NCBI GenBank assembly: GCA_009787675.1
Contig: WQSU01000001.1
Span: 1-33,022, forward strand
From: Lentimicrobiaceae bacterium
GTDB lineage: Bacteria; Bacteroidota; Bacteroidia; Bacteroidales; WCHB1-69
Direction: 5' to 3'
DNA: 33,022 nt
Shown: piece after piece, positions 28,055-33,022 of the stretch
How positions within the stretch are numbered: the stretch's first letter is position 1
How the letters are laid out: every line of letters begins with the position of its first letter
Notes under the pieces: model-generated
The model's database searches: none
What the model saw: the letters and a program-made list of their open reading frames with translations, nothing else
What the model was told of the DNA's origin: nothing
Program-made: the position numbers and the translations under genes

Positions 28055-28062
28055 CAAAATTA
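28055..28062 (-). promoter_or_regulatory. Candidate -7 box for the coaX operon
   Basis: Plus strand CAAAATTA is TAATTTTG on the minus strand (TAnnTTTG), 36 nt upstream of the start at 28019. Confidence 0.4.
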
Positions 28063-28110
28063 TGTTTTATTTTTCCACTTAATTACCTACAGAGCTCAAC
28101 AATATTAAAC

Positions 28111-28683
28111 TTAATTTGTTTTAAAAACTTGCTCAATATCAATATCTTTAAAAACCCCATGCCCTTTTTCTGTAAGTATGGGCTCAAAAAGAAAGGAGAT
28201 AAATTCGGTATAAATCAAGTTGTCGTTGAGCAATAAAAAGAAAGTGTTAAACAGAAAAAAATAGGCGAATACCTTCGGGTCGGAATCAAACTTAAAAAGT
28301 TCTTCTTCTATTCCCATGCTAAATATTTCTTCTAATTGTTTGATATGATGACTGTTTTGTAAAAACTTTTCTAAAAAAATCTCTTTAGTTTTTTGAAAAA
28401 AACAAGACTCATTATTTTTACAATATTGTAGTTCAAATAAAAACATCATTAATTTTTCCACGGCATTATTGGAAAATTCCATGCGTTTTGCTATACGTGC
28501 AGTTGATCTCTTTTGCCAATAATCTATGAGACAAAACTCTAGATTCTCTTTAGATATATATCTGTTAAACAATGTTTTTTTAGTAATTAATACGGCGTCT
28601 GCCACTTCTTGCAGAGAGTGTTTAAAGCCATTATTCAAATAATATTTAAAAATGGGTTCAATTTTAGAATAATTATAGACCAT
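28111..28683 (-). CDS. TetR/AcrR-like transcriptional regulator
   Basis: HTH-like SLQEVADAVLITKKTLFNRYISKENL. I prefer the start at MVYNYSK (28683) because a -7 box (28696-28703) lies inside the longer ORF-track version. Confidence 0.5.
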   Translation of the reverse strand: MVYNYSKIEPIFKYYLNNGFKHSLQEVADAVLITKKTLFNRYISKENLEFCLIDYWQKRSTARIAKRMEFSNNAVEKLMMFLFELQYCKNNESCFFQKTKEIFLEKFLQNSHHIKQLEEIFSMGIEEELFKFDSDPKVFAYFFLFNTFFLLLNDNLIYTEFISFLFEPILTEKGHGVFKDIDIEQVFKTN

Positions 28684-28695
28684 GAATTTTTTCGG

Positions 28696-28723
28696 CAAAA
28701 TTAGCAAAAATGGTGTACATTTG
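28696..28723. promoter_or_regulatory. Back-to-back divergent -7 boxes
   Basis: CAAAATTA (28696-28703, which is TAATTTTG for the minus-strand regulator) and TACATTTG (28716-28723, for the plus-strand gene starting at 28746) lie 12 nt apart. Confidence 0.4.
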
Positions 28724-28745
28724 CCGCCCAAAAAATTTACTTAAA

Positions 28746-29819
28746 ATGAAAAGACAAAATCTATATTTAGTTTTAGCTTCCCTCTTGGCAATCTTAACTA
28801 TTTTTGCTATAGTTTACAAAAGAGGTGCTTTTAGTAAATCTACAAATTCTAAAAACTTATCTGCTGTTTTTGCCATAAAGGATACTACTGCTGTGAGCAA
28901 GATTTTTATGGCAAATATGTTTGGAGATAAAGTATTATTAACAAAAACTTCCGAAGGATGGATGGTGGATAATCAAAAACCTGCTGCCATTCACAAGATT
29001 AAAGATCTACTTGCCACCATGGTTACCATTCGCGTAGCACAACCCATAGCAAAAAAAGCGCAAAACAGTATCATACAATTGCTTGCAGTAAGTTCTATCA
29101 AAGTGGAAATTTATGAAACTAAACCTCTATTTAAACTGCTGGGACATCCTTTCTTTGAAAAAGAACGGTTGTCGAAAACTTATTTTTTGGGAGATGCAAC
29201 CCAAAACAGTTTGGGCTCATACGCCTCTATTGAAGGGATGCCTGAGCCCTATATCGTTTATAAACCGGGCTTTAGAGGATATATAACTCCTCAGTTCTCA
29301 CCAAAACCTATTGACTGGTATTCGCAACTTGTCTTTTCTACAAAACTTACTCAAATCCAAAATGCTTCTTTCATTGATATTGCAAATCCAGAAAATTCAT
29401 TTTCCGTTTGCAAATCGGGTCCCAGAACATTCTCTTTATTTGATATTCATAATAATGCAATTTTAGACTATGATACAACACTTTTAATTAATATGTTATC
29501 TGAATTTAGACAACGCTATTATGAGAGGTTTTTTCCGAAAATGGAGAACTCATTAAAAGATTCTATTACACAATTTAACCTTAGTAAAACTATCTCTGTT
29601 ACTGATGTTGACAATAAAACCACTACGCTTAATATTTACCACTATATTAGTCAAGGAGAACTCTATGAGGATGATCAATTGATTCAAGAGGACTACTATG
29701 AAATTGTTAGAGACAGGTTTTATGCCACGATCAATGATAATAAAGATGAAATATATACGGTACAATACACGCAATACGTTAGACAGTTTCAGCCGTTGTC
29801 TTATTTCCTGAAAAAATGA
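28746..29819 (+). CDS. N-terminally anchored DUF4340-like protein
   Basis: Start taken at MKRQNLYLVLASLLAILTIFAIVY (a single TM). The following W-x-V ... PA-x-x-x-K-I-x-x-L-L pattern resembles DUF4340. The call is tentative. Confidence 0.4.
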   Translation: MKRQNLYLVLASLLAILTIFAIVYKRGAFSKSTNSKNLSAVFAIKDTTAVSKIFMANMFGDKVLLTKTSEGWMVDNQKPAAIHKIKDLLATMVTIRVAQPIAKKAQNSIIQLLAVSSIKVEIYETKPLFKLLGHPFFEKERLSKTYFLGDATQNSLGSYASIEGMPEPYIVYKPGFRGYITPQFSPKPIDWYSQLVFSTKLTQIQNASFIDIANPENSFSVCKSGPRTFSLFDIHNNAILDYDTTLLINMLSEFRQRYYERFFPKMENSLKDSITQFNLSKTISVTDVDNKTTTLNIYHYISQGELYEDDQLIQEDYYEIVRDRFYATINDNKDEIYTVQYTQYVRQFQPLSYFLKK

Positions 29820-30781
29820 CCACTGATGAGTTTTGGATGCATCGTGCGCTACAGTTAGCCGCTTTGGGGCTGGGGAAAGTACGCCCCAATCCGTTAGTGG
29901 GAGCGGTGGTTGTTCATAATGAGCACATTATTGGAGAAGGATTTCACCAACATTATGGTGCACCACATGCCGAAGTAAATGCTATTTTCGCAGTGAAAAA
30001 CCATGAATTGTTAAAAGAATCAACACTTTATGTTAATTTAGAACCCTGTTCTCATTATGGAAAAACACCTCCGTGCGCTTCTTTAATTATTGAAAAACAG
30101 ATTCCTAAAGTGGTGGTGGGAAATAGAGATCCCAACAAAAAAGTGAACGGAAAAGGAATTGAAATGCTGCAAGAAGCCGGTGTTGAGGTTGTTGAAAACA
30201 TATTATACAATGAATGCCTGCATTTGAACCGGAGATTTATGACGTTTCACAACCAAAAACGTCCCTATATCATCCTCAAATGGGCGCAAACAAAAAATGG
30301 GTATATGGATATTTTGCGAACTGAAAATATTTATGAAAAATATTGGATTACTAACGAATCAATGCGGGTTTGGGCGCATAAACTGCGCAACGAAGAACAG
30401 GCGATTTTATTGGGTTACAACACGTTGAAAAACGATAACCCGAAATTAACCAACCGTTTGTATGGCTCAAACCAGCCCCAGCGTTTTGTGCTATGCGATG
30501 AAAGAAAGCCAACCATTCTCAATGATTCTTTTACATTTTTAAAAGGAAATATACAAAAAGTTCTCCTTGAACTTTATGCACAAAACATTCAATCTTTGAT
30601 TGTGGAAGGTGGAAAAAAAACATTAGAAAAGTTTTTTGAAGCAAATTTATGGGATGAAACTTTTATCCTCATTGGAAATGTGGAATGGAAAGCCGGCATA
30701 GATACTCCCAAAATGATATATAATTTTGATAATAAAATAAATATCGATAGTGAAACAATCTATCACTACTTTAAAAAATAA
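29816..30781 (+). CDS. ribD: Bifunctional riboflavin biosynthesis deaminase/reductase RibD
   Basis: 321 aa. Deaminase zinc motifs HAEVNAI and LEPCSHYGKTPPC, with a C-terminal RibD_C-like reductase half. ATGA start/stop overlap with the upstream gene. Confidence 0.9.
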   Translation: MTTDEFWMHRALQLAALGLGKVRPNPLVGAVVVHNEHIIGEGFHQHYGAPHAEVNAIFAVKNHELLKESTLYVNLEPCSHYGKTPPCASLIIEKQIPKVVVGNRDPNKKVNGKGIEMLQEAGVEVVENILYNECLHLNRRFMTFHNQKRPYIILKWAQTKNGYMDILRTENIYEKYWITNESMRVWAHKLRNEEQAILLGYNTLKNDNPKLTNRLYGSNQPQRFVLCDERKPTILNDSFTFLKGNIQKVLLELYAQNIQSLIVEGGKKTLEKFFEANLWDETFILIGNVEWKAGIDTPKMIYNFDNKINIDSETIYHYFKK

Positions 30782-30869
30782 GAAAAAAAATAATTTCGCA
30801 ACATTTAACCAGAAAGATATCACCTAAGAAATAATCTTTATTGGTCTAACAAATGGGGTGCAGCATAAC

Positions 30870-31445
30870 TTAAGCCAAATTGGCAAATCCCATAAATGCC
30901 AGCGCTAAAATCCCTACAGTAATAAGCGCAATAGGAATCCCTTTCATGCCTTTGGGAATGTTCACCAGTTCCAATTGTTCGCGAATGCCTGCAAAAATAA
31001 TGATGGCAACACAAAAACCAAGTGCTGTAAACATGGTGAATAATGTTGCATCAATTAAACTAAAACTCTTTAGAGTAACTGTGATGGCAATACCCAGAAC
31101 AGCACAGTTGGTGGTAATTAAGGGCAAAAAGATACCCAAAGCATTGTACAACGAAGGACTTACCTTTTTTAAAACAATTTCCAACGCCTGCACCAATGCA
31201 GCGATAATAAGAATGAAGATGACGGTTTGCAAATATACCAGCTCAAGTGGCACAAGCACGTAGTTGTAAACGAGCGTAGTAACCATTGTGGACAAGGTCA
31301 TTACAAAAAGCAGGGCAGCGCCCATTCCTACTGCTGTGGACATTTTACCCGAAACTCCCATAAATGGGCAAATTCCAAGAAATTGAGCTAAAATAATGTT
31401 GTTTACCAACACCGCTCCGAGGATCATTAAAATGTAGTATTCCAT
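30870..31445 (-). CDS. rnfA: Rnf electron-transport complex subunit A
   Basis: 191 aa polytopic membrane protein. FLGICPFMGVS and LGIFLPLITTNCAVLG. No nqrF-like gene follows, which favours Rnf over Nqr. Confidence 0.8.
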   Translation of the reverse strand: MEYYILMILGAVLVNNIILAQFLGICPFMGVSGKMSTAVGMGAALLFVMTLSTMVTTLVYNYVLVPLELVYLQTVIFILIIAALVQALEIVLKKVSPSLYNALGIFLPLITTNCAVLGIAITVTLKSFSLIDATLFTMFTALGFCVAIIIFAGIREQLELVNIPKGMKGIPIALITVGILALAFMGFANLA

Positions 31446-31460
31446 ATATGTTTTTGATTT

Positions 31461-31522
31461 AAAGGTGTATAGGTGTAAAGGTTTATAGGTGTAATATAAT
31501 TTCTTAATTGTTAATTCTTAAT
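31461..31522. repeat. Tandem octamer arrays filling the rnfE-rnfA spacer
   Basis: aaaggtgt ataggtgt aaaggttt ataggtgt aatataat ttcttaat tgttaat tcttaat. The last units include the rnfE stop codon (31518-31520). Confidence 0.95.
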
Positions 31523-32105
31523 TTTTTTTTGCTTGAAAGAATCGAATGGTAGCAATGATAAACCCCATGACAAAGAAGGCGCCGGGCGCCAGCACAAAAA
31601 CAAGGATTTCACTGTTTTCCATAAACCTGTAATCGAAGATGGAGCCGTTGCCCAAAATTTCACGCACGGAACCGATGAGGAATAGCGCCAAGGTGAAGCC
31701 GAGTCCCATGCCCAGTCCATCAAGAGCAGAATCAAAGATTTTGTTTTTGATGGCAAAAGACTCAGCGCGGGCAAACACAATGCAGTTTACGGCAATCAAG
31801 GGGATGAACAGCCCCAAACTTGCTGAAAGCGCCGGAATATAGGCTTGCATTACCAAATCAATCATGGAAACGAAAGCAGCAAATACTACCACAAAAATGG
31901 GGATACGCACTTTGTTGGGAATCACTTTTCTAAGCATGGAAATTAATGTGTTGGAACACATAAGTACAAAGGTTGTGGCAAGCCCCATGCCAATACCATT
32001 AATGGCAGAGGTGGTAACTGCGAGGGAAGGACAAAGCCCCAGCACCATAATTAAGGTGGGGTTTTCTTTAATAAGTCCGCGGGTAATGAGTTCAACTTTA
32101 TTCAT
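31518..32105 (-). CDS. rnfE: Rnf electron-transport complex subunit E
   Basis: 195 aa. NPTLIMVLGLCPSLAVTT and LGLFIPLIAVNCIV. Overlaps the rnfG stop by 8 nt. Confidence 0.8.
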   Translation of the reverse strand: MNKVELITRGLIKENPTLIMVLGLCPSLAVTTSAINGIGMGLATTFVLMCSNTLISMLRKVIPNKVRIPIFVVVFAAFVSMIDLVMQAYIPALSASLGLFIPLIAVNCIVFARAESFAIKNKIFDSALDGLGMGLGFTLALFLIGSVREILGNGSIFDYRFMENSEILVFVLAPGAFFVMGFIIATIRFFQAKKN

Positions 32106-32736
32106 GATTTTCTTCCTTTTCTGTTATATTGTTATTGTTAATAATTTCAGCATCTTGCAACACCATTTGATAGGCTTGATAGGCATAATTCACGGCATTG
32201 CAGAAGGCGCGGGATGAAATGGTAGCTGCCGTAATAGCATCAATATCCCCGCCATCTTTTCTTACAGAAAGCGGCTTCTCTTTCGGCGTTCTTCCGGCAA
32301 ACTGCAAGGGGAATTTGTCTTTCTTTTTATCAATCTTATCACCCAATCCGGGCGTTTCTTGATGCCCAAGTACTTCGGTATTCAAGATATTACCCTCATG
32401 GTCAAAGCCTACCATAATATCAAAGCGACCGCTAAAGGCAATGTTGGTGTGGGTGGCTACTGCCGCTCCAAACAGTTGATTGTTCATGTAAGCCAGCGTA
32501 ACGGTTAATGAGTCTTTCAATCCCTCAGGCAAGGCTTTTGTCTGTACAAAAACCCCTGAAGCGGGGTCAAAACCTGGCAAAACCATGACCTTTGCGGCAT
32601 TGTCTTTAGCAATTTTAATTTGTTTAATTGGCTCTTTTGTAGCTAAATAAACGCAAGAGAGTGCAATCGTTGCCACCACGGTTATGCTCGTAAGCGCCGT
32701 GATGAGTTGCCAAATGGAGTTTTCTTTTTTTGACAT
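32098..32736 (-). CDS. rnfG: Rnf complex subunit G (FMN-binding)
   Basis: 212 aa. N-terminal TM anchor, GLGDKI, and a flavinylation-type motif DAITAATISS. Confidence 0.8.
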   Translation of the reverse strand: MSKKENSIWQLITALTSITVVATIALSCVYLATKEPIKQIKIAKDNAAKVMVLPGFDPASGVFVQTKALPEGLKDSLTVTLAYMNNQLFGAAVATHTNIAFSGRFDIMVGFDHEGNILNTEVLGHQETPGLGDKIDKKKDKFPLQFAGRTPKEKPLSVRKDGGDIDAITAATISSRAFCNAVNYAYQAYQMVLQDAEIINNNNITEKEENHE

Positions 32737-32790
32737 TGTTTTGGGGTTTATAAATATGTGATTTTTTTTATATTAGGGTTAATAGAATTT

Positions 32791-32892
32791 TTATTGCTTC
32801 ACCACTTTCTTTACCACATTCCCAAGCTCGTTAGTTATTTTTACAAAGTACAAACCTGCGGGCAGGTGCGTGATGTTGATGAGAGGTGAGTT
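32791..32892 (-). pseudogene. Stranded 3' fragment of a T9SS C-terminal sorting domain
   Basis: The minus strand translates NSPLINITHLPAGLYFVKITNELGNVVKKVVKQ* with an in-frame TAA immediately upstream (32893-32895) and no Met. It parallels the last 30 aa of the intact CTD at 2500-2613 (ISTGDLGIGIYFVTIESITGEKVTMKMVKI). Confidence 0.55.
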
Positions 32893-32956
32893 TTATCGTC
32901 TCATCATCTAATCGTCTCATAGTCTCATCATATAATCCTCTAATCACCTCATCACC
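32893..32956. repeat. Tandem octamer array TNATCNTC x8, same family and strand as 21768-21813
   Basis: ttatcgtc tcatcatc taatcgtc tcatagtc tcatcata taatcctc taatcacc tcatcacc. Confidence 0.95.
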
Positions 32957-33022
32957 GCCTTCTGCCTCAAGACAAATATCATAAAAAAAACACAAAATTC
33001 CTTTTGCCATTACTGAAGATAA

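Noticed and set aside
28684-28745. Long ORF-track starts (28731 for the TetR-like gene, 28710 for the DUF4340-like gene) that make the two divergent genes overlap
   Set aside because: Both extensions would bury the candidate -7 boxes inside coding sequence. The internal Met starts (28683 and 28746) give a sensible HTH N-terminus and a signal-anchor N-terminus.
30880-32217. Plus-strand ORFs 30880-31263, 31639-31842 and 31864-32217
   Set aside because: They are antisense to rnfA and rnfE. Hydrophobic-gene shadow frames commonly stay open.
32831-33010. ATG-initiated ORF of about 59 codons on the minus strand running through the octamer array
   Set aside because: Its sequence is just the translation of the simple repeat (DEVIRGLYDETMRRLDDETIK). 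It is out of frame with the T9SS CTD fragment and has no supporting signals.
1-33022. Mobile elements, tRNA/rRNA genes, defence or toxin-antitoxin systems
   Set aside because: I found no transposase, integrase, recombinase, cas, restriction-modification or toxin-like ORFs, no long inverted terminal repeats and no tRNA-like cloverleaf in the intergenic gaps. The gene content is housekeeping throughout.

Overview
AT-rich chromosomal segment that reads as Bacteroidota: two intact T9SS C-terminal sorting domains plus one remnant, a CarboxypepD_reg-type TonB-dependent receptor, a DUF4254 + GT9 pair, and TAnnTTTG -7 boxes. I count about 29 protein genes, nearly all housekeeping: kbl, ispG, a U32 Fe-S enzyme, an MnmC-type methyltransferase, clpB, an S9 peptidase, cysteine synthase, trmH-like, aroE, coaX, ribD and rnfG-rnfE-rnfA. 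I saw no rRNA, tRNA, transposase, integrase, cas or recognisable defence genes, so this is a core region, not an obvious accessory island, and I cannot support a new multi-gene system here. Several things do stand out. (1) Tandem 7/8-nt (14/16-nt) simple-sequence arrays fill intergenic spacers. The same TNATCNTC octamer occurs at two loci 11 kb apart, and one array splits rnfE from rnfA. (2) A related G-free pyrimidine tract sits in frame inside aroE. (3) rnfG has no rnfD upstream; instead there is a stranded T9SS C-terminal fragment that abuts an octamer array. (4) A 540-nt non-coding region upstream of the TonB-dependent receptor holds a CRISPR-repeat-like pair. (5) A DUF3127 protein has an SSB-style linker and a DDLPF tail. 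(6) IspG has an unusually short insert. All functional calls come from motif recognition by eye and no searches were run.
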